Of a DNA stretch of 64,000 nt, positions 13,023 through 24,396 are shown one piece after another. Positions within the stretch are counted from its first letter, which is position 1. The number at the start of each line of letters is the position of its first letter. A program made the position numbers and the translations under genes. The DNA is from Bigelowiella natans CCMP2755 (taxonomy: Eukaryota > Protista > Cercozoa), in contig ADNK01002135.1 of NCBI GenBank assembly GCA_000320545.1, forward strand, positions 1 to 64,000, written 5' to 3'. A model generated the notes under the pieces. That model did not search any database. It was not told where the DNA came from and saw only the letters and a program-made list of their open reading frames with translations.

Positions 13023-13089
<67 letters not shown>
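13023..13089. repeat. (CT)n microsatellite, representative of dozens of (CA)n, (TA)n, (GA)n and trinucleotide tracts in introns
   Basis: Directly visible; others at e.g. 49-101, 6345-6382, 27030-27106, 30158-30199 and 32787-32875. Confidence 0.95.
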
Positions 13090-13091
<2 letters not shown>

Positions 13092-13112
13092 ACCCCCCCC
13101 TCCCCCTTTCAA

Positions 13113-13426
13113 TAGGACCAACTTCTACCACGAGCGCTTGATGAACTTTCCCAGCAACAATGTAATGCAAAATGGCTACTGATACAATTTAAATCATATT
13201 ATATCGGCATATTTACGATCTTCCTGCCCCATTAATCTGACAATTTGTCTGTACAACCACCTCTTGTTCCCCTGCCCCCTCGCATCATCAGTGGCTTCAA
13301 GTTCAATACAAGGAGACCCTCTCTGAAATGGCATCGTTTAACGTTGCCGAAGAGAATGTGCGATGGGTACAGAATGCCACATTACTGCCCGAGGATATTG
13401 GGGCTGGCAATCCGGTATATATAGTG

Positions 13427-13465
<39 letters not shown>

Positions 13466-15067
13466 ATTCTTTCTTCGTAGCTATTATTGTCTAGTCTCGT
13501 TGTCATTCGCAATTTTTGGTTCAACGCATACGAAACCCCCTTCCTTCCCTCCTTCCTTCCTTCCTTCCTTCCTGCCTCCTTCCGTATCACTCAGAGCTGG
13601 AGCAAAAAGCCTGTGCGTAACTTGAAATTGTCTCTCGATAACGCAAGGCTAGAACATGCCCACTTCGCTAAAGTCATAGCAGAATCATACTTGGTATGTG
13701 TGCTGTGAACCGCAGAGTACTTGTTGGCGTGGCACGCGCTTACGGGAGTGTTAGAGAAATAGAGAAGGAGGGGGAGGAGGAGGAGGAGGAGGAGGCAGAC
13801 GATGCACAATAACCTCTCTCATTTTCACTTACCTACTTCTCTCCCTTTTGTTTGTTTACAGCTGATAGAGCGGCTCGTTGTGAGGCGACTACCGTATCTT
13901 CGCTCATCGAGAGACAGAACCATTAGAGTAATTGCTATGCAAACAAACCATAAGAACCTAACTGCTGTACTGCACCGCTCCCTCGAAAGCTCAATTGTGT
14001 ATCATCTGCTGCTTCCTCGTCTTCGTTCTCTTCCATGATGACAGAACCGTTTTTAATGAAATTCCTCGTTAAGCATTAGCCAGTTTGATACCTGGATATG
14101 GCTTCAAAAATCCTATCTGATGATGATGACAAATATAAGACGAGGATGACGATGATAATGATAATAACATTGAACGAAATCGAATGCTTGCAGTAGCGCT
14201 AATTCCTGATATAATTTGCCTTCTGCTGTGATAACTGCATATTGTTGAAATTGTTTAATGATATTTTTATCTTCTGGTTGCATCTTCTTTCTTCTCCTCC
14301 TTTGTCATCCTCTTCTTGTTTTTTCCCCTTTATGGCGATATCGGTACAGGACTATATGTTTAAAGTCGGAAAAGAATTCGAGGTCACGAAATTTCCAATT
14401 GTGCTGAATGAATATACTGTTAATTGAAATGCTTATTGTAGAACTAGAAAAGCTTGTTGCAGTTGCAATCATTGGCATTTAGAATGAATCAGTGTCTTTC
14501 GAAGTTATAACTATGTTTCTATCCTTGATTACTTCACTTAGTGTTTCTTTTAACCTCCTTTAGCTCGATGACATCGACGTGCGGCAGTACCTCATTTTGT
14601 ATGAGAGAGCTCGGTGAGTAGTCTCTTTTCTTTCTCCACATGTGTGTTTCCGACTGCTGTTCGTTCGTGCTAATTTCAGTCTTATATTACGAACAATAAT
14701 ATCAATTTATTACCCTAGGTTCGGGAGCGGGCACCAGCCGAAGATGCCAAACAGCACTAGGGGGGGGGCAGGGGGAGCTACAGCATCTTCAAAAGACCAC
14801 CGGCAACATAAATTGCGTAAGGTGTTTGGAAATTCGGTCTCTCCACACCTTGAAGAGGACCCGAAGCTTATCAACGCTGTCACCTTCAAGATCTTCCTCG
14901 AGTGCCTCAAGAGAATCCTGGAGAAGATTCGGCTGGGATATCGCGCGCGCAACCGAGTGAAAAATGTATCGACGCATCGAAGGGCTAGTTCCGACCAGAT
15001 CATTTCCAATAAGTATGGTGGAGTCGGTAGTAGAAGTAACGTACCGGTAGCCAGCATTAAAGAATGA
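13113..15067 (+). CDS. Multi-exon hypothetical protein with NICE-3 (C1orf43)/DUF4129-like C-terminus; start not resolved
   Basis: Splice-flanked exons read SWSKKPVRNLKLSLDNARLEHAHFAKVIAESYL / LIERLVVRRLPYLRSSRDRTIR / DYMFKVGKEFE / LDDIDVRQYLILYERAR / FGSG...TFKIFLECLKRIL. The TIRDY...YERARFG pattern recalls this family. Confidence 0.5.
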
Positions 15068-15429
15068 TAAAGAGTGTCATATGTCAATTCTATTCCATAT
15101 AGCCACGCCCACACCTGCCTCAACTCTATCCGCAGCTGTCGTTATCATTGTACTCACATATGCATGTGCTTGCTGTATCATTGAGAATTCCACGCTATGA
15201 CAGTCGCGTTGTTCATGTAGCTATCTAGGTAGATGTATTACACAAGCATCATCGCAAGACGTGTGATGCTACACTACGCTATCTGTTTCCGCGGCGCAGA
15301 TATAGTCACAGGGCTTGGCCACAACAATAGACATACGTATATATAATATATATAATTTGTACTGTGTCTATAGTCACAGCTAGACAGAGACATCCACCAC
15401 TTCGTCACTACTGCAAAATCGAAAAATTC

Positions 15430-15776
15430 GTGAGCGGCCAGGCGGAAGGTTCGTGTTCGATCAGAATTCAATTTGGCATTCTCGAATGAACGAAGTTCCG
15501 CAGAGCAAATGCGCGCAAAGAAGCGAATGAATTGCTTCACATTGCGGCCGCTCGCCACTACAACGCATGCGCAAATTCATCCAAAAGTCTCCATTGTTTA
15601 CCAAACTTGTGAACTAGTGGAACAGCGAGGCAGTGCTGCGAAAGCTTGCGAAAGCAGGTTCATTCACACAAGAATTAAGCATTGATTGTCAGTTAGTGAT
15701 ATGTAAGCGGAGGCGAACGAACCCCCGCAAGCTTCCACAAGCGCAGAAAAAAAGTGTCGCCGCAGCACCTTTTTTT
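15430..15776 (+). ncRNA. Candidate structured non-coding RNA: two multi-stem modules ending in a T-run
   Basis: Nested complementary segments 15430-39/15546-55, 15442-47/15496-501, 15633-40/15761-68, 15642-50/15726-34 and 15657-65/15715-23. G-U pairs favour the + strand. T7 at 15770-15776. Family not recognised. Confidence 0.45.
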
Positions 15777-16005
15777 CGAGTTGTGAGATCAAGCCTGTGA
15801 CTCAGTCCACGAGTGCCAATGCAATGTTGAGTGCATGCCATGTGCTGTCGTTGCAACGTGCAGGCGTCACTAAAATTCGTCTGAACCAGATTTTGACATC
15901 CAAGCTAGTGGGGCCCTCTCCGGATTCGATCACACGCATACATACACATGTACGAAGCTCATGTGTATTTGCATATATATATGTACATCTACATGACGAG
16001 CGTGA

Positions 16006-17247
16006 TCACTTTTTGTTGAGTTCTGGCTTTTTGACATGTTGCAAGTGCCAAAGTTGATACTCGGTATCCTTAAGATCAACCAACAAGAGATCACATTCTT
16101 CCTGCGTCGTATCTTTTAAAGGGATTGCTCGATATTCTTTCGGTGGTTTCGACACTTTTACCATTTTGAAGCCTCCTTTTAACAATGCACTCGCTAATTC
16201 TCCTCTTCCTGCCCTCTCCAAGGCCGTTACGTAAAAGAACTCCCCACCGTTCCTCACGGTGTCTTGCAACACTCGCAGAAACACGGGAACCATGTTTCTA
16301 TCGTACACCAAGTCAGATCCTATCACTATGTCGAAATTCTTGAGGAGTTTATGACGAGATTCTACGGTGGCATCCTCCTCGGTCTTTTTCACTTCATGGT
16401 AGGCATTCCAGTCAATAGTTTCGGCTGTCACCTTCGTGTTCTTAAACGCCCCCTTGTTGAGTTCCACGTTGTAGCTCATATTTTGCACGGTTTCCTTGGC
16501 AAGGTCTGTGATCACTACGCTCTTGGCCTCGGTAAATACGGCAACAGAAAGGCCTGCCAATCCGCATCCTGCTCCAAGTTCTAATACTGATTTCCCCCGC
16601 AACTTGTCGGAGTCGAGGGAAAGCATCCAGCGCGATAGAATAACTGAAGCACCCCATAACCCTAGCCCAGTTTGATCAGCAAGTGCGAGCAATCCAACCC
16701 CACCTGCGATCGAGGCGAGATTAGGCTCCACAATTGCCTTCTCCCGTATCTTAACAATTTTATTTTTTGAGTTGAAGATGAATGAGTGCGTTGCCTCTCT
16801 GAGTGATTCTAGTTTCTCTTCGTTGCCCTCGAGTAGCTTCTCCTCTGTGGCCGAATGATGTAATAACATATCTTGAAGAATGTCGACGTCACCTGATGTG
16901 AACGCCTCTGTCATCGCTCCTTTGCCAAACTCATTTTTCCGCAGCACATTGATATGCTTGTAGCTCTCGAGAAGAAGCTTCACAACAGCATTTTGCTTAA
17001 GCTGAGCTGCCCATTGGAGCGGTGTGTTCCCGCTTTTGTTTGGGAAATGAGAGGCTTTACTCTCAATTAGCAGTTTAACGCAAGCAACGTTCCCGTTGGC
17101 ACTGGCATAATGGAGGCCGCTGCAACCATTCGAAGACTTGAAGTCTATCGTCCCCTGACTTGGCTTCTTCGCTAATGCAGCCTTAAGTTCCTCCACCTCA
17201 CCATACCTTGCGTGCTCTAGAATGAGCGGGCCAATGTTGTTATCCAT
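16006..17247 (-). CDS. Ankyrin-repeat + METTL21/Methyltransf_16-type protein-lysine methyltransferase fusion, intronless
   Basis: Ankyrin repeats (GLHYASANGNVACVKLL, GNTPLQWAA) followed by QTGLGLWGASVILSRW, VLELGAGCGLAG, VVITDL, IDW and DIVIGSDLVYD. ATG at 17247. Confidence 0.9.
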   Translation of the reverse strand: MDNNIGPLILEHARYGEVEELKAALAKKPSQGTIDFKSSNGCSGLHYASANGNVACVKLLIESKASHFPNKSGNTPLQWAAQLKQNAVVKLLLESYKHINVLRKNEFGKGAMTEAFTSGDVDILQDMLLHHSATEEKLLEGNEEKLESLREATHSFIFNSKNKIVKIREKAIVEPNLASIAGGVGLLALADQTGLGLWGASVILSRWMLSLDSDKLRGKSVLELGAGCGLAGLSVAVFTEAKSVVITDLAKETVQNMSYNVELNKGAFKNTKVTAETIDWNAYHEVKKTEEDATVESRHKLLKNFDIVIGSDLVYDRNMVPVFLRVLQDTVRNGGEFFYVTALERAGRGELASALLKGGFKMVKVSKPPKEYRAIPLKDTTQEECDLLLVDLKDTEYQLWHLQHVKKPELNKK

Positions 17248-17756
17248 TTGGTAAAGCCGCGCCGCCCGGCGGTTTAGAACGATCGTGGCCCGTTCACGAC
17301 GGTCATTGTTCTCATTCTCGAGTATTCGGATCAGCACAGACTAGACCGAGACACCGAGACCCTTTTAACTGTCGTTCAATAAAAAAACTTGGCATTTTTA
17401 CCGAAGTCGAATTTGACCCAAAACCTTTGTCGCATGGTGTGGGATGGGCTGTGGTGCTAGTCGTCCTTGCTCAGTTAGACGGGGATTTCACGTATTTTTA
17501 ACTACGACATGCACATTGTGTTGTCGTTGTCTTTCCATATTCTCAGTATTTATTGAAGCATCTTAAGCAGGCAAAGCTCCAAGCTTGAAGCTCATCCCAT
17601 CGCCAGCTGAGTCTTTTGCTACAACTACAAAACTAACAAAAGAAAAAGATGAAACGAAACCTGTCAAACGCTTCGTGTGCTAAGCCCCGCCAAAGGTCGA
17701 ATGATGGCGGTCTTTTTTCGAAAAGTTACACCAAGCGGCAAAAGAAGGAACGCCTG

Positions 17757-20074
17757 ATGGGTTTTCTAAAGTTTAAAGACTCATGGTACCATTCGAAGTC
17801 AAATTCGAAGCCAGTCGAAACTCACAAATGATTCTTACTACCAGTGAACTTTTAGAGGCAAAAGATATAGGTTGGTCTTTCGATGGAGCTCACCTTGCCC
17901 TTTGTACTAGTAACGTTGCAATTTGGGAAAGGAAGGTAGGAAAACTCCAGCCGATCTTCAGTTCCGGTGTGTTTCTTTCAAAGGATTTTCTTTTATAGGG
18001 CAAAAGTCACAAGTACAGGTGCATCGCTATGATACACTTTCCAATTTTGGGATCGAGCGCAGTACAGCATCTTTCGTGGTCCCCAAAGGAAAGGAAGTTT
18101 GCATTCTTTTTTTCAGGGGCCATTAGGATCTTTGCTCCGAGAAAAGTGAATAGTAGTGTAGTTCGCAAGTTTGATCGCCTGCTTCGGTGCCTTGACAGTA
18201 GCAGCTGTCACTTTCAAAGAGATCAAAGTCGCTTGGTAAATAACATTTTCAAGGAGCATCCAGAACTCAACGCATATGAATTGGTTGCTTCAACAAAACG
18301 ATTCACCTCTAGCATTAGCGACCTCAAATGGAGTCCAGATGGTAAAAGCATCGCAACAGCTGGAACTTGGCAATGGAAAGTTTGGGTATGGAAGCAGCAT
18401 CCTATAATGAAGAACAAATACTACGGTGCGACAATTCGGCGCTCAGAGCAATGCGGAGCTAAAGAGCTAGCTTGGTTAGAAACTGAAAAACCTATTTCAC
18501 ACTTCGAATTTATGAATTAAAAACGATGCAAACCAAGGCATAGAAGTAACAATTTAACTTCGGTCTGCTATTATTCGCTTTTTGTCTTTTTTCCAGAGAG
18601 TCATATTCTTTCTTTTATTTTAAGATCCGTGACAATAATATTCGAAAGTAAAACCAAACAGAAGTTTGAAGGGATTTAAATATTATTAAAAAGTGGAACG
18701 ACATTTACCCAGATGAAATAAGATGATAGCAGCAGCTATCCATTCTATTTTCAGAGTCAACAAAGATCAAAATTTGAGCATGTTTTTCATGGGCAAATGT
18801 GAGGAGAAATTACTTCACTTAAATAAATATTGAGGACACATATGTTCGTAGATAAGTATGTTTTTCCCAATATATCTCGCAGTCCTATTTTGTCTCATAT
18901 CCATTATGCGCATTGATGATTCAAAATTACTTTCTATTTCCTGCACTAAGTGTTAACCACATTGGCAGGTCACCGGATAGTAAGCATCTAGCAATTGTTG
19001 GTTGCTCTGGTGTGAGCATATGGGAAGAAATTCCTCTGGGAAAAATGGATACAGTGAATGCGGAATCCTACTCAGACTCCTCCTCAGACTCCTCATATTC
19101 CTCTTTCTCGTCATCTTCTTGTCATGCTTTTTCATCGTCCTGTTGGGTCGTGTTCGGCACTGCAAAAACATATTGGAAAAAGGTCGCACACTTCAGAGAA
19201 GGAAACGATCGAGTCCCAAAGCACCTCTCATGGTCATCTGATGGTGTTTTAGCAATCTCTTTTGCCAATGCCTATGTGATGCTGCGAAGACCCCTGGTTT
19301 CTTTCATGATAGTGAAGCAGGGACACTGGGAGTCCTTCGTTAAAATCAGCTCGCGTGCTACCATAAAAATTTCCGCTATTTCACCAATCCTGGCTTGGGC
19401 TCCCTCGGGACGCCTTCTAGCTGTTTCTATCCATAACAGGGTACTGCGGTATGGTTCGTGCTATCTCATCTTTGTAATTGTATTTTTCCGACTTTTTCTC
19501 CTAAGTTGAATCAAGTTTCTTCATTCAGATCATATGTGATCAAAGTCTTTCTTTGGGGTTGCCATGAATTTATCTCTATTTGCAACAATTTTTCCAGATA
19601 GTAGTTTATGAGCGGCAAGACCAAGTTGGTGCGGGGTGTTCACTTGTCAAAGTTGCCGACCTTAAGCCTTATAATTTTCCTCGAAGAAATCAGGTTCAAT
19701 CCGTAGCGTGGAGTGCAGATGGATTTCGTCTCGCCACGGCCTTTGCCGACAGCGTGTGTATTTGGCCCATAATTCCTTCTTTCACTTCCGCATCCTACCA
19801 ACTTAGCAGTGGTTTAGGGATGGAGTTTGTACAACTACGTCAATTTCAACCACGAAAAGATTGTAATTGGGCGCATTTGACAGTTAAGATTGCTTGGTCA
19901 GCGGATCATCGCCTCGCAGTAGTTCAAAATAGGAAGTTTGAGTGGGAGAATGCGTGGGTGTACCATCGCCGCGATGATTTATCCGCACGTAACTTGCTGC
20001 ATGAAAGTCTATCACCGAACCTTCCCACAAAACTAATTCTTATTGTAGAAGATTTCACATTCGATCTTCAATAA
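17757..20074 (+). CDS. WD40/beta-propeller repeat protein, multi-exon; ends approximate
   Basis: Repeated blade motifs: IGWSFDGAHLAL, LSWSPKERKFA, LKWSPDGKSIATAG, LSWSSDGVLA, LAWAPSGRLLAV, VAWSADGFRLATA. Confidence 0.75.
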
Positions 20075-20902
20075 CAAGGAATAAAACAGCGTAATCACAT
20101 TTCTAATTGCAGTAAGAGCCTCAATAAATACAATGAGTATACTTCAGATAGTTAGCTCCCTTTAAATTGGAGAAGATATTTAGACTCAAAATGAATAAAT
20201 TATTCTTAATTTAGTGGAAACTTATTTCATTAATCTTCCTTCCAGGTTTCACATCTTGCAATAGATGAAAAATTTTCGGAGACATTATCCAATGGAGATT
20301 AGTGTTGTCATATGGGGACCTATCACAATCTTCCACTCGATTAAATGTCTCGAGAATTTCATTTTAGAATCTCGATTAATTCTAACATAATATTCAAATT
20401 GCATCAGTACAAAAACACCATTGTGAATTTCAGCCACCAATTGTCAAGTAAAATTGACATTGTGCAATGGGGTTCTAGAACCATGTCGGTCATGTATTTC
20501 TAGATTTCGTGCTCATTGACTGTGCCAAATTGCCCGTCGCAATGAGGTACCCACATGTGTCAATTTGCTGCATTTTGGCCTATTTGTGACTCATTTGAAA
20601 GCTGTATTCGACTCCAGCATTGCAGGCTAGCTCGAATCATTGTTTGTGGCATTTTTGAAAGATTATCGCCTTGGACTTGCAAATTTTGTACGTGTGTGCA
20701 TCTGCTAGCTAGCTAGGCTAGCTAGAATAGCTGAGAAAAGCTCATCTTATGTAATTAAACAGTAGCTGCGCATATTACATTTGAACAAGCGATACGATAG
20801 TCTGACATCCAGCGTTGTGTAGCTGTGTACATGAGGCGCTGTGTCCATGCTGTGCTCGGATCACCTTCGAGCATGCAATCATCATTTCCTCATCTGTGAT
20901 AT

Positions 20903-23328
20903 TTAGCTCTTAGATTCGGCGTCTGATATTGACTCATCATTAGATGCGTACTTATGCGCTGTATCTACGACGAATCTAGAAGAAGTCGTTCCAGTGTCTA
21001 AATCCAACTGTAGTGCGCTTGCAATGCTCTGGGTAGCATCGATCACTACATCATCTCTCCTTTCCTGTGAAGTTCTCACGTTCCGTAACCATTCGTGGGA
21101 TAGTGCTTCACTGGCACTCATGAAACATCCTAATAATGGGTGAGGATCAAAGGTGAGAGGAGATGTTTTCCGTCACCAAATTTTCTAGATCAGGAAGTTG
21201 TTCTCAAACCAGAATAACATCAGCAGATCAGCAGATTACAATATCGATAATTTTAACAATTTCATCGGTTGATCCTAACTCTCTTTGACGTCTCCAGTTG
21301 CCTTCTGCAAAAAGTCAGTGCCAATGGAGGAGAAGTTTCCTGTTGGGATCATGAACCTTATCACCTGACACGAACGATAACAGACGCTCTCTCACCTAGG
21401 AACATGCTGTAATTACTTTCATTTTTCAAGATAAAAGAAAATATATAATCGCATAGAGGATACATAAATATGCATAAAAATGCAAGGAATTTAGTACATC
21501 AGCGACTTCAGTAAAGTCTAATCTTTGCCGCCATGAAACTTCAGCTTCTGGAAGGTTGAAGGTTGAATGTGCCTGTGTGATATGATGATGGGCTAAACGC
21601 GGTGCGGATGAAATACGTGGCAAGTAAGAAAAGGAAGGGCGAAGCTATTAATTAGTGATCATATCATTTTTTCCCCTTTCTTTTGATATATAATGAAGTC
21701 GGGATCTCATTCTTCGTACCAAATCAAAGCTCGCCAGTTTGACGGAGTACAGACTTTCGCGTTTCCCGGAAATCAATATGTTGTGCGGCGCAATGTCCTT
21801 CGAAGTTATACCGTGAAAGGCAATTCATTAACTATTTTGTTAGTCCTTTAAGGCTGCTGCTGCCAACCTACTATTTGCTACTACGACACACCTGAACGAC
21901 GATCTGACATGCATGAAGATGCTGGAGAGCCAGGAGGATAGCTCTGATCACTATTCTGGCCTACAATACACCAAAAGGTTAGCTCCAAAGTAATATACAG
22001 CAAGGGTGGTATAAATTAGGAAGGAGGGCACATAGAATTCATGAAAGGAGGTTCTAAATTCTCCATCTTTCATAGTAACGTAGTGCTAGTTTTTCCTTCT
22101 GGTAGCGTGTGGACGAGCACCTGTCGCTCCTGAAAATGTCCAGATTTCTGCACCTTATAATCATAATCACTTGCATCATATGGCCGTCAAATGCAATGGG
22201 CAAAAGTCATAGAGTGCAATTTTATTCCAAACGTACATCGTTGAATATCGAACGGCCTCTCTTCCTTTCCATAACGATAGCCACCCGCTCTTCTGAAAAA
22301 CGGCCAAAGCAGCCACAATCAGCCACAATGAGATTGCAAGGTAGGCGATTCACATTGCGCAGTTGGTGTATATTATCATGAGTACTTGTAATCTTGATAA
22401 GCGCGAACACTCTGACCACGTTTTCATGAGTCAGAGATAAGATCGAGTCGTCGTCGAGCATATCCAGCTTTTGCATCGCCTTCCTCTCTGCAATCTATCA
22501 TACATACTTTACTTGGTACCCATCTCTACGAAGTTTACGATTTGTATTATCTATGTGTGTCTGTATGTATGTGAATGTGTGCGTGTGTGTTTGTGTGTGT
22601 GTATTTCCTGGTCAAAATTCGATTCATCTGCGTGATGACTTCCCCTAACTCCACGGATCCCCGGAAAATAAGGCTTATATTGTGGCACAACTCACAAACA
22701 TAGAGATAGAAAGATAGGTCCAACCTGCACAGTTATCTTATCTTCGCTCTGGAGTAGCCGTGCAGAATTCGGTAGAAGTTTCTCATCAGCCACGAGTGCC
22801 AAAACCTTTGTTATTCACAAACGGATTTATGCATGTGCCTTTTCATGATTGCGCTCTCATGATGTAGCCAGCCCACTTCTGATCTAATCGTTGTGGTCTG
22901 GAAAAGACCTTGATGACGTTGAGGCTCGCCTCAAACACCCTATTTGTGACCATTATTCCAAAGTCGCTCAGACGCTCCCTACAAAAGAGAACTTTCAGAT
23001 AGTGTTGATAATGGAGAATGACGAAAGCACTCTGTCGCTGTTTGGGCATTGTGGGAGGAAAGTGAGAGATGGGAAAAGTATGAGAAAACTATACAAGTGT
23101 ATTGGCTCTATCTTGTGCCATACAGCATTCAATGAGAACCTTGCCATCTGCAGTCTGCCATGAATCAGAGGAGCATCTTCCTCCTTGAAGAAAGTCTCTT
23201 GGTTCTTCGTGACAGCCCCTCGAAGACCCCCCCGCAGTTGCAGCCATCGTTGCGGCAGGGAAAGAGAAAATAGCTCGCCCTCGCGAGCAAATGTCCGCAC
23301 AACTAACAGGATGGAGAAATGTAGACAT
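20903..23328 (-). CDS. Ser/Thr protein kinase-like protein (CAMK-like fold, probable pseudokinase), multi-exon; start uncertain
   Basis: Exons read ILSLTHENVVRVF, VAIVMERKRGRSIF, IRAILLALQHLHACQIVVQ|DIAPHNILI, VKLASFDL and MSASEALSHEWL. Confidence 0.7.
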
Positions 23329-24396
23329 CCGTTGACTTATCTAATCTAGAATATTTCCACTAGCTCCCACCTTCCTAATCCCTACTCCTCCCCTCTCGCT
23401 GGATGCATTGTCACTCTCGTTTTAAACGCAGAAAAGCTGCAAGTCCCTGACAGCACAGCGGCTAGGCATTTTGAATTATGAATGTTTTGCCCCTCTTTCG
23501 AAGTTTTCGGTCATTTTTTTGTCGAGCGGGCCCCATTATTCTGAGGTGGGTTTTGAGATTGATTGAAAAATGAGTAACCTACAAAAGTGATGTCGCTTAT
23601 TAAAAAATACATGTAATTATTGGATAGTACAGTATCAAATGAGAAGGATCTAGTTTGGTTTATGAGACATGAAAATTGATTTGTCGCATCTTTGAGATAG
23701 GTTTTACCTTTCTCAGGTACCCTTCCACGAGTGGACTCCATCTTAATTTTTCGCAAACGGCAAATTTTTGCATGCAGAAACGCGGGAGTTGAGCAATGCT
23801 TAAGGCATAGTACGAGAAGAAGAAGACTCCCGTTTCAATGGGAAATGCAAACTGTCTACGCTATCTAAGGAAAATCCTAGCCGTATAGTTCTAATCCCGA
23901 TGATTGACATTCGAATGACCACGCTCAAAAACGACGATATGTCAAAACAAATGGGTTTCCGAGAAAAAAAACTGACTCTCATAGGAGCATCCTTCTATTT
24001 ACGTCCTACGACAGATGATGTGCCATGTCGTTAAAAGAAAATAGATACCTTTTCCGATGAATACTCACTTTCTGTCAAAACTCATACTTCGAAATACTTT
24101 AAGGTATGTGAGTCTACACAGGGTAGGGGTTAGATTGTAAAGAAGGAAAGGAGGAAAATCAAAGCTTGCAATTGGTGCACTCAGAGAGAGAAATAGGGAG
24201 AGAACAGTTAGCGTATTTTATTTCTTGAACGAAGGAGGCATCACTATGCAGGGTGGCGAGTGAGTTGAGACAGTGCGTGTTGCATAGGAAGGCGCAGCAC
24301 AATCGATGTACATTGGTGCATGTATCGAAATCACTCCTTGATCTCAATTTTACTCTTTCAAAATCAGTGACATAACATTCCGCGTGGAACATTAAT

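Noticed and set aside
15440-15600. RNase P or MRP RNA (GGAAGGTTCGTG and AAAGTCTCC resemble CR-I)
   Set aside because: No matching CR-V/P4 partner near the 3' end and no enclosing P1 helix.
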